The position numbers and the translations under genes were made by a program. The notes below the pieces were generated by a model, which saw only the letters and a program-made list of their open reading frames with translations, made no database searches and was not told where the DNA came from. This document shows, in pieces, positions 30,308 through 40,269 of a stretch of DNA of 55,131 bases; position 1 is the stretch's first letter, and every line of letters begins with the position of its first letter. The DNA comes from an uncultured Kangiella sp. (GTDB lineage Bacteria; Pseudomonadota; Gammaproteobacteria; Enterobacterales; Kangiellaceae), in NCBI GenBank assembly GCA_964578045.1, contig CAZOBX010000005.1:1-55131 (forward strand), read 5' to 3'.

Positions 30308-31168
30308 CTAACAAAGTAATTTTCCCGCTAACTCTTTTAATAATTTTGCAGCAACCATAGCAGTCATATTGTTTATATCCCTGTCGGGGTTATACTCAAC
30401 AATATCGGCACCTACCACAGCCACATCAATGGTTTGAATAATGCTAATGACCTCTCTTACCGATAGCCCGCCAGGCTCGTGGTGGGAAACCCCCGGAGCA
30501 AAAGCCGGATCGAGCGCATCCATATCGAAAGAAACATAAACCGGACCGTCAAATTTTGGCGCAAAAGAAGCCGGATCAAATCTTTTCATTTCATGCAGTT
30601 CTACCGAGAATTTTTCTGCCTGGGATTTTTGATGCTGATTTAGGGTTCGGATCCCCACCTGTACCAGACGCTTGGCAAACCCTTGCTCCATAATTCGAGC
30701 AAAGGGACAAGCATGTGAATATGGATTACCTTGAAATTCTTGATAAAGGTCGGGATGTGCATCAAAATGAAGTAGATTAACCGGGCCGTGATGATCAGCG
30801 ATTGCTTTGAGTACTGGATAGGTGATGGCATGATCACCACCCAGTATAAGTGGTTTTGCATCCCGTTCAAGGATTGGAGAAATTTGCTCTGAAATTTTTA
30901 AAAAACTTTCTTTATCGTCTGCAATATTTCTATCACCCAAATCCTTGAAAGTAAGGTTTTTGTTTAGCTCTACTCCAAGTTCCGAGCATAGATTTGCTGA
31001 ACCGTGAAATAGAGACTCTCTTATTACCGCAGGTGCTTTTGCCGGACCGCGTAAGAAGGATGAATTATGGTCACTACAAATTCCGATAATCGCCACATCG
31101 CCTTTTTGTAACATGGCGACTTCTGAGAAATTCACCTTAGTTTTGTTTTGAGTCATGATATTTACCAA
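30308..31168 (-). CDS. speB: Agmatinase / ureohydrolase (arginase family)
   Basis: 286 aa with Mn-binding motifs GGDHAITYP, HFDAHPDL and SFDMDALDP. The start could be the ATG at 31156. Confidence 0.85.
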   Translation of the reverse strand: MVNIMTQNKTKVNFSEVAMLQKGDVAIIGICSDHNSSFLRGPAKAPAVIRESLFHGSANLCSELGVELNKNLTFKDLGDRNIADDKESFLKISEQISPILERDAKPLILGGDHAITYPVLKAIADHHGPVNLLHFDAHPDLYQEFQGNPYSHACPFARIMEQGFAKRLVQVGIRTLNQHQKSQAEKFSVELHEMKRFDPASFAPKFDGPVYVSFDMDALDPAFAPGVSHHEPGGLSVREVISIIQTIDVAVVGADIVEYNPDRDINNMTAMVAAKLLKELAGKLLC

Positions 31169-31232
31169 ACTTTATTCATCTGTTTCGCTAAAAGATAAAA
31201 TAAAATACATCAATAGCTATTAAACCACAACT

Positions 31233-31265
31233 CTGGATGTCTGTGCTTATCCCGAGTTGAGGTTA
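31233..31265. repeat. Solo terminal remnant of the family-1 element
   Basis: CTGGATGTCTGTGCTTATCCCGAGTTGAGGTTA matches the right end of the 40270-40466 copy (CTGGATGGTTGCGCTTATCCCGAATTGAGGTTA). No matching left end is nearby. Confidence 0.6.
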
Positions 31266-31471
31266 TTAATTCTCGACTAAAAATTCGACCAAGCATTAGC
31301 GATGAACAGTAACCAGCGATTTTATACACCCTCTGTCATTGCCGAATAGTCTAAACAAGTATCTGTTTACAATATTTTTGCTAATTAAGGCGAATTTTAC
31401 TAACAGACTATCTTATTGTGTAAACTGCTAAACAGGCTTGGATTTATGCACTTATATTTAGGAGTAGTAAT

Positions 31472-31666
31472 ATGAGAGTAAGAAAAGGTGACGATAAAGG
31501 ATTTTATTTTAGAAGTGAACGCATTTATCACACTGGCGACGGTTGGTGGGCAAGCACCCGTGAGAAGACTGAACTCGGCCCCTTCGACTCTGAAGAAGAT
31601 GTGTCGATGGAACTCTGTTTGTACATTCGCAAAATCAATATGTTTGATAGCCAGATAGCGTCTTAA
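31472..31666 (+). CDS. Small conserved hypothetical protein (64 aa)
   Basis: AGGAG lies 8 nt upstream of the ATG. The sequence (FYFRSERIYHTGDGWWASTREKTELGPFDSEEDV) resembles a small gammaproteobacterial protein family I recall as DUF6316. Not verified. Confidence 0.5.
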   Translation: MRVRKGDDKGFYFRSERIYHTGDGWWASTREKTELGPFDSEEDVSMELCLYIRKINMFDSQIAS

Positions 31667-31670
31667 AAGA

Positions 31671-32996
31671 CTAACCTTCACGTAACTTTAAGAAAGGTTT
31701 TTCAATAAAAATATGCGCAAAAGTTGAAAAAATAACGGTTAATAACAAGGCCCAAAAATAAACCGCAAACACTTGAAAAGTTGTAGCCGATGTAATTGTA
31801 TCTTTGTCCAGCGTGCCAAAAGCGATTGCCGCCCCGAATACAATAAACACAAAATGGAATAAATAAATGGAGAAAATTAACTGGGCAAAAGGATGCCAGA
31901 TTGGCCATGACAAGATCCATTTGATCACCCGACTTGGCCCAACCGGACAAAGCGCCATCAATAATAAAATGGACATGCCAAAGCTATAAACATAGCGGTT
32001 AAACACCAGAAACATCAAATTGGCTTCTGGATCAAAAGGCTTATAAAAGTCATCTTCTTTGTTTATCAACGGAAAGCTAAAAGACCAAGCGATCAAATAG
32101 ATAGCAAATAATAAAACGGCCGTATTAATCAGTCTATTCCTTTTAAAAAATTCGACTAACAATTTACCGTGATAGTGGTGCAAATAAGCCACTAACATTC
32201 CCATAAAAAAAGCGCCAATTCGGACATCCAAATCATAATACAGATGACCCGATAGCAGCCGGGCAAAATCACGATAGAAAACAACTTCATAAAAAGGGGT
32301 TTGATAAAGAGCTGGATGGTTGACTGTCCACCAATAGCGATAGGCGACGGCGGCTACACATAGGCCGACGAGAAGCGCCAGTCTCCAGCGGATTTTATAC
32401 ATTAGCAAGCATATGAAAGGCAACATAAAGTAAAATTGCATTTGCACTTCCAAAGACCATCCTACTGGGATTATCGGTTTTTGACCTTCAAAAAAATTTG
32501 AACTAAACAATAGGTTTGACAGAATATAGCCATCATGCCGAGAATTGGTTGGCAAAAAAATCAGTAATGCGAGTAAAAATAATGGATAGATCCGCATTAA
32601 TCGACGTTTGTAAAATCGCATCACATCCAGCGACTGGTTTCTATCATATTCCCTGTAAAGCGAATAACTCACCAATAAACCACACATCACGAAAAGCGGA
32701 TCGGAGCCCTGTGCCTGCCACATCCAATTTAGATAACCCGGAAAATTGGCAATAAATCCTTCTACTTTGTCATCCAGTATTTTGGCTATACCGAATAAAA
32801 CGTGAAATAACACCATTAATAAAATCGTGATCGCCCTGGCACCGTCTAAAGTCGCGAACCGGGCATGAGGACGAATAAAGATTGTTTTGAGATCTGTCTT
32901 AAAGTTGATTGAACTCTTATAACGAACCCATAGGGACGGTTTTGCTGATATTTTTTCAAGTGGACCGCTTAATTCTGTTGATACCGAACCTTTCAT
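31671..32996 (-). CDS. Acyltransferase family 3 (OafA/YrhL-like) membrane protein
   Basis: 441 aa, about 10 TM helices, with the N-terminal RAITILLMVLFHV motif typical of Acyl_transf_3. Confidence 0.85.
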   Translation of the reverse strand: MKGSVSTELSGPLEKISAKPSLWVRYKSSINFKTDLKTIFIRPHARFATLDGARAITILLMVLFHVLFGIAKILDDKVEGFIANFPGYLNWMWQAQGSDPLFVMCGLLVSYSLYREYDRNQSLDVMRFYKRRLMRIYPLFLLALLIFLPTNSRHDGYILSNLLFSSNFFEGQKPIIPVGWSLEVQMQFYFMLPFICLLMYKIRWRLALLVGLCVAAVAYRYWWTVNHPALYQTPFYEVVFYRDFARLLSGHLYYDLDVRIGAFFMGMLVAYLHHYHGKLLVEFFKRNRLINTAVLLFAIYLIAWSFSFPLINKEDDFYKPFDPEANLMFLVFNRYVYSFGMSILLLMALCPVGPSRVIKWILSWPIWHPFAQLIFSIYLFHFVFIVFGAAIAFGTLDKDTITSATTFQVFAVYFWALLLTVIFSTFAHIFIEKPFLKLREG

Positions 32997-33182
32997 AACA
33001 AACCTTTATTTTTTACAACTTAGCTTTCTGGTTATACAATATTTCGCGCTACAGCGTTACCAATATTCATCACCGCGCAGTCAAAATCATTTTCTTGTTC
33101 CGCTCGAATATCCAATTTCTTGTTCTCTGCTAGTCTATTTTAAACCTAAAAAAATTCTAATGTAAATCATTTCACTCTAAAC

Positions 33183-33220
33183 AAAAAAAGGTTGTTCGGA
33201 AAGACCAAACAACCTTTTTT
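33183..33220 (-). terminator. Rho-independent terminator downstream of the E1/E2 operon (bidirectional form)
   Basis: AAAAAAA-GGTTGTTCGG-aaaga-CCAAACAACC-TTTTTT. The 10-bp stem has one mismatch and is flanked by A and T tracts. It lies 32 nt after the E2 stop. Confidence 0.75.
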
Positions 33221-33251
33221 GCGACCACAAGGCTAGGGCCTGTTGACTAAT

Positions 33252-34976
33252 CTAAACCGTCTTCTGTAAGTCTTCGATGATTGCCGCTAAAAATCTAGCT
33301 GCTTCTCCACCTGTACAAGCACGATGATCAAAGGTAAGTGATAAAGGCAACATTTTACGATTTTCGATCCCTTTGTCGGTCAACTTTAATTCATTTCGGA
33401 AACGGCCGGTGCCTAGAATAGCCACCTGAGGTGGCGACACAACCGGTGAACCGTATCGTCCGGTAATTGAACCGAAGTTTGACAAAGTAATCGTTGCGCC
33501 TTGTTGATCTTCCTGCTTAAGCCCTTTACTCTCAATTTTTTGGCGTAGCTCTTGCACTCTCGCACGAATTTGGGTGGCATCTTTTCTATCCGCATCATGC
33601 ACCACTGGAACATAAAGACCGTCCGGTGAATCAATCGCGATACCCACATGCACATTCGGATGGATCAATCGTTCAAATTTTTCTCCATCAAACCAACAGT
33701 TTAGCGCCGGCTCAATTTTGGACGCAAATACCAATGCCCTGACATAACGAGCTAATGAATCTTGCTTTGGCCAACTGGTAATATCCGCGTCTTCTACTAA
33801 CGTCGTTGGTACAACGGTAGCGTGAGCTTTTGCCATACCCATTGCCATCGCCCTACGAACACCGCGAACCGTTTGAGGTTCGACACTCACCTGAACACTT
33901 GGTAATCCGCCTGACGCTGAAATGACTGGCGCAGAAGTTGCCCTGGCAGGTGAATTAACCGCTGCATCCACATCCGCTTTTGTGATCGAGCCTTTTTTGC
34001 CACTGGCTGCACATTGCGACAAGGCAACACTGAGTCGATGAGCGTGAGCTCTGACCGCCGGTGACGCTTTAAAGTCTAGCGGGTTTTCATCACTTGCAGA
34101 TTGAGTCTTTGTTGGCGCCTTAACAGCCGAAACAGTCGCCTTAGTACCGATTAATTTGCCATCTTGCTTGGCTATTTTAACATCGGCTTGAGTAATCGCG
34201 CCTTTTGCTCCGGAGCCAGTCACTTGAGATAAATCCACTTTAAGTTTTTTGGCCAAGGCTTTTATCACTGCACTCGCTGATTCAGCGACCACTTTATTTC
34301 CAACTTGTACTGCGCCAACCACCGTCGCGGCATCTGCTGGTTTATTATCGGCAGCTGTATCTTGTCCCTCAGTAGCGACTTTGGTTTGAACCGCTTCACC
34401 GTCACCGAAAGAAACCAAAAGCGCACCCACTTCGATCACATCGCCCGCTTGACCATGCAATTTAGCAACTTTTGCTGCAAAAGGAGAAGGCACTTCTACC
34501 ACAGCTTTAGCGGTTTCCATTTCGACCATCGGTTGGTCTAAGGCCAATACATCACCTTCTGCTACTAACCATTTTACGATCTCGGCGTCCGGTAAACCTT
34601 CGCCTAAATCCGGTAGCAGAAACACCTCACCGGTAGCGACTTCTACTTGCTCGACCTGCGTTGTTGCTTGTTCGGGTTCAGCTGTAGCAACAGTGTCTGT
34701 TGCGGCACCATTTCCAGTAGAACCATCACCGTCAAATTCAACCAAAATAGCACCCACATCGATGACGTCACCTTGGGCACCACATAATTTAGTAATTACA
34801 CCTTTGTAAGGTGAAGGCACTTCCACTACTGCCTTAGCTGTTTCCATTTCAACCATTGGCTGATCGAGGGCGACGGTATCGCCTTCATTAACTAACCAGC
34901 GGACGATTTCCGCATCGGGTAATCCTTCTCCCAAATCAGGCAGGAGAAAAGTCTTGAGTGAGTTAGATGTTGTCAT
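33252..34976 (-). CDS. Dihydrolipoamide acyltransferase (E2) with two lipoyl domains
   Basis: 574 aa. Two lipoyl domains (nt 34734-34949 and 34407-34622) both carry EMETAKA. There are two PSBD-like segments and a C-terminal catalytic DHRACTG motif. Confidence 0.9.
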   Translation of the reverse strand: MTTSNSLKTFLLPDLGEGLPDAEIVRWLVNEGDTVALDQPMVEMETAKAVVEVPSPYKGVITKLCGAQGDVIDVGAILVEFDGDGSTGNGAATDTVATAEPEQATTQVEQVEVATGEVFLLPDLGEGLPDAEIVKWLVAEGDVLALDQPMVEMETAKAVVEVPSPFAAKVAKLHGQAGDVIEVGALLVSFGDGEAVQTKVATEGQDTAADNKPADAATVVGAVQVGNKVVAESASAVIKALAKKLKVDLSQVTGSGAKGAITQADVKIAKQDGKLIGTKATVSAVKAPTKTQSASDENPLDFKASPAVRAHAHRLSVALSQCAASGKKGSITKADVDAAVNSPARATSAPVISASGGLPSVQVSVEPQTVRGVRRAMAMGMAKAHATVVPTTLVEDADITSWPKQDSLARYVRALVFASKIEPALNCWFDGEKFERLIHPNVHVGIAIDSPDGLYVPVVHDADRKDATQIRARVQELRQKIESKGLKQEDQQGATITLSNFGSITGRYGSPVVSPPQVAILGTGRFRNELKLTDKGIENRKMLPLSLTFDHRACTGGEAARFLAAIIEDLQKTV

Positions 34977-35953
34977 TTGTACTCCACCAGTCGTTTTACT
35001 TCGTCAATAATGTATTCAACTTTCGGCATATATTGCTTTTCCAAACGGTAGTAGGGGATAACAATATCGTAGCCAGAAACTCGGCCTATTGGCGCAAGCA
35101 AACTCATTAACCTTTTTTCCGCAATCTCTGCAGCAATTTCGGACCCCAAAGCCCCTGCTTTAGGCGCTTCTTGAACGATGCAAACCCGGCCAGTTTTTTC
35201 CACCGACTCTAATATAGTATCAATATCAAGCGGACTCACGGTTGCAACATCAATCACTTCGGCGCTAATCCCCATTTCAGCTAACTTTTCAGCCGCCTGC
35301 TTGGTTTCATGTAACATCGCTCCCCAACTAACCAAAGTAATATCAGTTCCTTCACGGTCGACAAAACACATACCCAAAGGATAATCTTCACCAGTATCCT
35401 CGATTTCATGTTTTTCAATTCGATAAACTCGTTTTGGCTCCAGGAAAATCACCGGATCAGGATCGCGAATTGCCGCAAGCATTAAACCATAAGCCCGTGA
35501 TGGGTTTGATGGAATAACCACTTTTAATCCTGGAATATGGGCAAAAATGGCTTCGGTACTTTCCGAATGATTTTCCGGTGCGTGTATTCCACCACCAAAT
35601 GGTGCACGAATAACCAATGGCAGGGTCAAACGGCCACGAGTTCGATTACGCATTCGCGCGCAATGTGAAATAATGTGATCCGCTGCAGGGAAAATAAACC
35701 CCATAAACTGAATTTCCGCAATCGGCTTCATTCCTTGTGCAGCCATTCCAATCGCTACACCGGCTATCATAGCTTCTGCTAACGGTGTATCAATCACTCG
35801 CTCTTCGCCATATTTTTCCTGTAAACCATCGGTCGCACGGAATACACCGCCGTTAATACCAACATCTTCACCAAAAACGACAACTTCCTCATCAACTCCC
35901 ATCTCGTAGGAAATGGCCATATTAACGGCTTCTATTAATGTAATCGCGGCCAT
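34973..35953 (-). CDS. 2-oxoacid (pyruvate/branched-chain/acetoin type) dehydrogenase E1 beta subunit
   Basis: 326 aa, transketolase-like pyrimidine-binding plus C-terminal domains. Overlaps the E2 start. Confidence 0.9.
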   Translation of the reverse strand: MAAITLIEAVNMAISYEMGVDEEVVVFGEDVGINGGVFRATDGLQEKYGEERVIDTPLAEAMIAGVAIGMAAQGMKPIAEIQFMGFIFPAADHIISHCARMRNRTRGRLTLPLVIRAPFGGGIHAPENHSESTEAIFAHIPGLKVVIPSNPSRAYGLMLAAIRDPDPVIFLEPKRVYRIEKHEIEDTGEDYPLGMCFVDREGTDITLVSWGAMLHETKQAAEKLAEMGISAEVIDVATVSPLDIDTILESVEKTGRVCIVQEAPKAGALGSEIAAEIAEKRLMSLLAPIGRVSGYDIVIPYYRLEKQYMPKVEYIIDEVKRLVEYK

Positions 35954-37029
35954 TATTTCGCTCCTCGTGCAATCGCTAACTCTCGTTGCACAAGTGTTCT
36001 TTCAGGTAATTCAGCGTAAAGGTAATCAAACATCGCTTCGGAGGGATCGGTAGGGGTATTGAGGTAATTGTCGACGGCTGTTTGCACTTGCTGGGCAAGC
36101 TCTTCTAACATTGTATCTTCCTCCTCTTTTCCCCAGACATTCTTACTTTCCAGATATTTACGCATTCGAAGTATCGGCTCTTTAGTCCAACCGTCATCTA
36201 ATTCACCTTCGGGTCGGTAACGAGTCGCATCATCTGCAGTAGTGTGGTCACATAAACGCAAACTGATACATTCGATCACGGTAGGACCACCACCATTTCT
36301 AGCTTTTTCGGCGGCTTTCTCTGAAGCCGCTTTAACCGCAACAATATCATTACCATCAACTTGAATACTTTCAATTCCAGCACCGATCGCTTTTTGAGCA
36401 TAGGTTTCACAGTTAGTTTGGAGTTTGCTAGGCACCGAAATTGCCCATTGGTTGTTATTGATAATAAATACAACACCCAAATTCCAGATACCAGCCACAT
36501 TGATGGCTTCGTAAAAATCGCCCTGGGAGGTTCCGCCTTCACCGATTTCGGTAAATACGCATCGTTTTTCTCCGCGCATTTGCATCGCTTTTGCAACGCC
36601 GCATGCGTGTAGGGATTGAGTGGCGATCGGTACCGCAATCGGAAAATCCTGTTTTGCTATTTGATAATCACAGCCGGTTTCGTACCCGCCCCAATAAAGT
36701 AAGACTTCCTCGATTTTAACACCGTGTTGAACCATCGATGCCTGACCTCGGTAATAAGGGACAAGTACATCCTCTGCGGTCATCGCAGAACCAAATCCAA
36801 CACCTATAGCCTCTTGTCCGGTGGCTGCGGGATAAGTCCCCATTTTACCGGTTCTTTGTAAGGCGTAGGCTTTTTGATCCATCACCCGGATCAAATTCAT
36901 GTCACGATATAGTTGCTTGAGGGTATCTAAATCACGTGCGAATGCAGGCGGGACATCATTGCTGACGAACCTCCCTTTCTCATCCATATATTGGAGATAT
37001 TTAATTTCGAATCTTGCAACAGTTGTCAA
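35953..37029 (-). CDS. 2-oxoacid dehydrogenase E1 alpha subunit (TPP-binding)
   Basis: 358 aa with the TPP motif GEGGTSQGDFYEAINVAGIWNLGVVFIINNNQWAIS. Confidence 0.9.
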   Translation of the reverse strand: MTTVARFEIKYLQYMDEKGRFVSNDVPPAFARDLDTLKQLYRDMNLIRVMDQKAYALQRTGKMGTYPAATGQEAIGVGFGSAMTAEDVLVPYYRGQASMVQHGVKIEEVLLYWGGYETGCDYQIAKQDFPIAVPIATQSLHACGVAKAMQMRGEKRCVFTEIGEGGTSQGDFYEAINVAGIWNLGVVFIINNNQWAISVPSKLQTNCETYAQKAIGAGIESIQVDGNDIVAVKAASEKAAEKARNGGGPTVIECISLRLCDHTTADDATRYRPEGELDDGWTKEPILRMRKYLESKNVWGKEEEDTMLEELAQQVQTAVDNYLNTPTDPSEAMFDYLYAELPERTLVQRELAIARGAK

Positions 37030-37608
37030 AACGACGACTCCTCTTTATAAGCGGACGTATATAGAGCTATTAAGATACAATTTTAACAGCGCCGTTAACG
37101 TAAACGGAAACCAATTATCTAGCATTATACCCGGTTAGCGGCTTGCTGAAAAAGGTTGGAATACCCTCATACTTTAAATCGCTCATTGGTAAAAAAACCA
37201 ATTATCTAAACTCGTTAAGGTACAACTGAAGTTTAGAGAAAAATTTATGTCTGATTAAGGTACTAAAAAAGGTATAAAATTTAGTGGAGGGCATGATAAG
37301 GCCTCAAAGACAACTTGTATAGCAAAATCGAAACTTTTAGCATCTCATTTACGATTTTTTGCAGAGTATCACTGCAATTAGACGCTTTTCTCACCTTTTC
37401 CTGGTCTTACCAGCAAAAACAGGTCTAGCCAACCGGATAATCCTGATAGAAAAGAAGTGCCAATATTACTAGTTTCTATTATTGAAATGCACTGCTACAC
37501 TTTCCTCAACTCGCATGATAAAAGAACTGTCTTATAATCTAGTGCACCGAAGATATTGAATTTATCTGCGATTGTACTTTAGCGCAAATAGCAAGGTCTC
37601 ATTAGAAA

Positions 37609-40245
37609 ATGTATTTAACTGATAAACCCACGATAAAATATCGCAAAGATTACCAACCAAGCCAATACCTCATTAACAAGACTCAACTCAAATTTGAGCT
37701 GTTTGATGATCATGTTATTGTTTCCTCCGCGCTTAATATAATACGCAACCCGCTCGACAAACACCCCGCGTTATTGCCTTTGATATTAGATGGCGTTGAA
37801 CTTGAACTATTGGAAATCACCGTCGATGGTGAAACCCTATGCCAGGACGACTTTGTGCTAGACAAAGAATATTTAACCTTACACAAAGTCAGCCAGCAAT
37901 TTTTGTTAACCAGCAAAGTCAAAATCTACCCCAATAAAAATACTTCACTACAAGGCCTTTACCTATCCAATGGCAAATTTTGTACCCAATGTGAAGCCGA
38001 AGGCTTTAGAAAAATCACCTACTATTTAGATTGTCCTGAAGTCATGTCAGAATTTATTGTCTCAATCGAAGGCGATAAAAATGCCTACCCTCTTTTGTTA
38101 TCAAACGGTAATCCACTCGAATCTGGCGAGTTAGACAACAATCGTCATTTTACCCGCTGGCATGATCCCTTTCCAAAACCCAGTTATTTATTTGCACTGG
38201 TCGCTGGCGATCTGGATTGTCTTGAAGATAGTTTTACCACGATGAGCGGAAGACAGGTCAAACTGGAATTGTTTGTCGATAAAGGCAAACTCGACCAGTG
38301 TCGTTTTGCGATGGACAGTTTAATCAAGTCGATGCGTTGGGACGAAGAAAAATTTGGTAGAGAATATGATTTGGATCTCTACATGATCGTCGCTGTCAGT
38401 GATTTTAATATGGGTGCAATGGAAAACAAAGGGCTTAATGTATTTAACACTGCTTATGTTTTAGCCAATAATCAAACCGCCACGGACTCCGATTTTGAAG
38501 GCGTTGAAAGAGTCATTGCCCATGAATATTTTCATAACTGGACCGGCAATCGAATCACTTGCAGAGACTGGTTTCAATTGAGCCTAAAGGAGGGGCTTAC
38601 TGTTTATCGCGATCAAAGGTTTAGTGAAGATATGCAATCGGCTGCAGTGGAAAGAATTGAGCAAGTCAAAATAATCAGAGCCGCGCAATTTGTTGAAGAT
38701 TCCAGTCCGATGGCCCATTCAATTCGTCCTGATTCTTATATCGAAATGAATAATTTTTATACTGTCACAGTATACAACAAAGGCGCCGAAGTGATCCGCA
38801 TGATGCACACCTTATTGGGTGAGCAAGGATTTAGAGCAGGCATGGATCTCTATTTTGAGCGTCATGATGGCCAGGCAGTCACCTGTGAAGATTTTATTAA
38901 GGCAATGGAAGATGCCAACCAGGTCGAATGGTCGTTATTTAGAAACTGGTATCGCCAGGCAGGGACTCCGACTCTTTCGGTTTCAAAGCGTGTACTTTCA
39001 GACACAAAAATTCAACTAAGCTTTTCTCAACGTTGTCCAGATACTCCAGGGCAAACTGATAAAAAGCCTTTTCTGATCCCCTTGAATTTAGGTTTTATTG
39101 ATCAACAAGGTAAAATGGTTAGATTTAGAGTAACCATGGAGGATGTTGCTGATAAGGATTATGTACAGCAGGCGCTAATTATGATTAGCGAAAAAGAACA
39201 ATCGATCACAATCACAATCGAGAATACTAATTGTATTCCATCGCTTCTCAGAAATTTTTCCGCTCCGGTAAAACTTAAATACGACTATTCACAAGAGGAT
39301 TTGGCTTGTCTTTTTGCCCATGATTCTGATTCTTTTAATCGTTGGGACGCAGGACAATCCCTAATGAGCCAACTATTACTTGCTGAAAACCAATCCATTA
39401 TGGAAAAAGATTTGCAAGTCATTAGCAGTGCGATCAAAAACATCTTAATGGATGAAACACTGGATAGAGCACTTAAAGCACTTGCCGTTCAATTACCTAA
39501 CTTAAATAGTTTAATCGGTGACGTTGAATCAATAGAACTGGACGATTTATTTAATAAACACCGACAGCTTAAACAACACATTGCGACCATACTCGAACAG
39601 CAGTGGTCAGATATTTATGACCGGATTAACGAGTTATCCGAAGAGCAAACGACGTCATCTGATCGACGACTAAAAAATACCGCGCTAAGTTATTTAGTTT
39701 GGTGTGATGAAAACAAATATGCTGAAAAAGCGATACGGCAGCAATCAAATGCCAACAATATGACTGATGAAATCGCCGCTTTACAAATTATTTGCCATTC
39801 AACCACAAGTCAAAAGAAAAGCCAAATTCAGAATTTTTTTAACAAATGGAAAAATGAAGAGCTAGTTTTGGATAAATGGTTTAGCGCACAGGTAATGCAA
39901 GATCATGAATCAGTTTTTAACGACATCAAAGCGCTTTTGTCTCATGAGAAATTTGCTATCACCAATCCAAATAAAGTCCGTTCGGTTATTGCTGCATTTG
40001 TCGCCAATAATACCCAACAGTTTCATAGTGCTACTGGTGATGGCTATGAACTATTAACCAAACTAATTATTCGACTTAATCCCATAAATCCACAAATTGG
40101 CGCGAGACTGGCCAAGCAATTTGGTCAATGGAGGAAATTTGATGTTAAAAGGCAAGCCTTGATTAAAGAACATCTGGAACGGATTTTAGCAATTGATAAT
40201 CTTAGTAATGATATTTTTGAGATCGTTGAACGGTCGTTGGAATAA
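37609..40245 (+). CDS. pepN: Aminopeptidase N
   Basis: 878 aa with GAMENKG and HEYFHNWTGNR...LKEGLT zinc motifs. Confidence 0.95.
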   Translation: MYLTDKPTIKYRKDYQPSQYLINKTQLKFELFDDHVIVSSALNIIRNPLDKHPALLPLILDGVELELLEITVDGETLCQDDFVLDKEYLTLHKVSQQFLLTSKVKIYPNKNTSLQGLYLSNGKFCTQCEAEGFRKITYYLDCPEVMSEFIVSIEGDKNAYPLLLSNGNPLESGELDNNRHFTRWHDPFPKPSYLFALVAGDLDCLEDSFTTMSGRQVKLELFVDKGKLDQCRFAMDSLIKSMRWDEEKFGREYDLDLYMIVAVSDFNMGAMENKGLNVFNTAYVLANNQTATDSDFEGVERVIAHEYFHNWTGNRITCRDWFQLSLKEGLTVYRDQRFSEDMQSAAVERIEQVKIIRAAQFVEDSSPMAHSIRPDSYIEMNNFYTVTVYNKGAEVIRMMHTLLGEQGFRAGMDLYFERHDGQAVTCEDFIKAMEDANQVEWSLFRNWYRQAGTPTLSVSKRVLSDTKIQLSFSQRCPDTPGQTDKKPFLIPLNLGFIDQQGKMVRFRVTMEDVADKDYVQQALIMISEKEQSITITIENTNCIPSLLRNFSAPVKLKYDYSQEDLACLFAHDSDSFNRWDAGQSLMSQLLLAENQSIMEKDLQVISSAIKNILMDETLDRALKALAVQLPNLNSLIGDVESIELDDLFNKHRQLKQHIATILEQQWSDIYDRINELSEEQTTSSDRRLKNTALSYLVWCDENKYAEKAIRQQSNANNMTDEIAALQIICHSTTSQKKSQIQNFFNKWKNEELVLDKWFSAQVMQDHESVFNDIKALLSHEKFAITNPNKVRSVIAAFVANNTQQFHSATGDGYELLTKLIIRLNPINPQIGARLAKQFGQWRKFDVKRQALIKEHLERILAIDNLSNDIFEIVERSLE

Positions 40246-40269
40246 AGTTGGGAAGATCTCAGATTATTT

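Noticed and set aside
31400-31681. 93-aa minus-strand ORF overlapping the 64-aa plus-strand gene
   Set aside because: It has no ribosome-binding site and low-complexity hydrophobic content. The plus-strand ORF has the Shine-Dalgarno sequence and a conserved-looking sequence.
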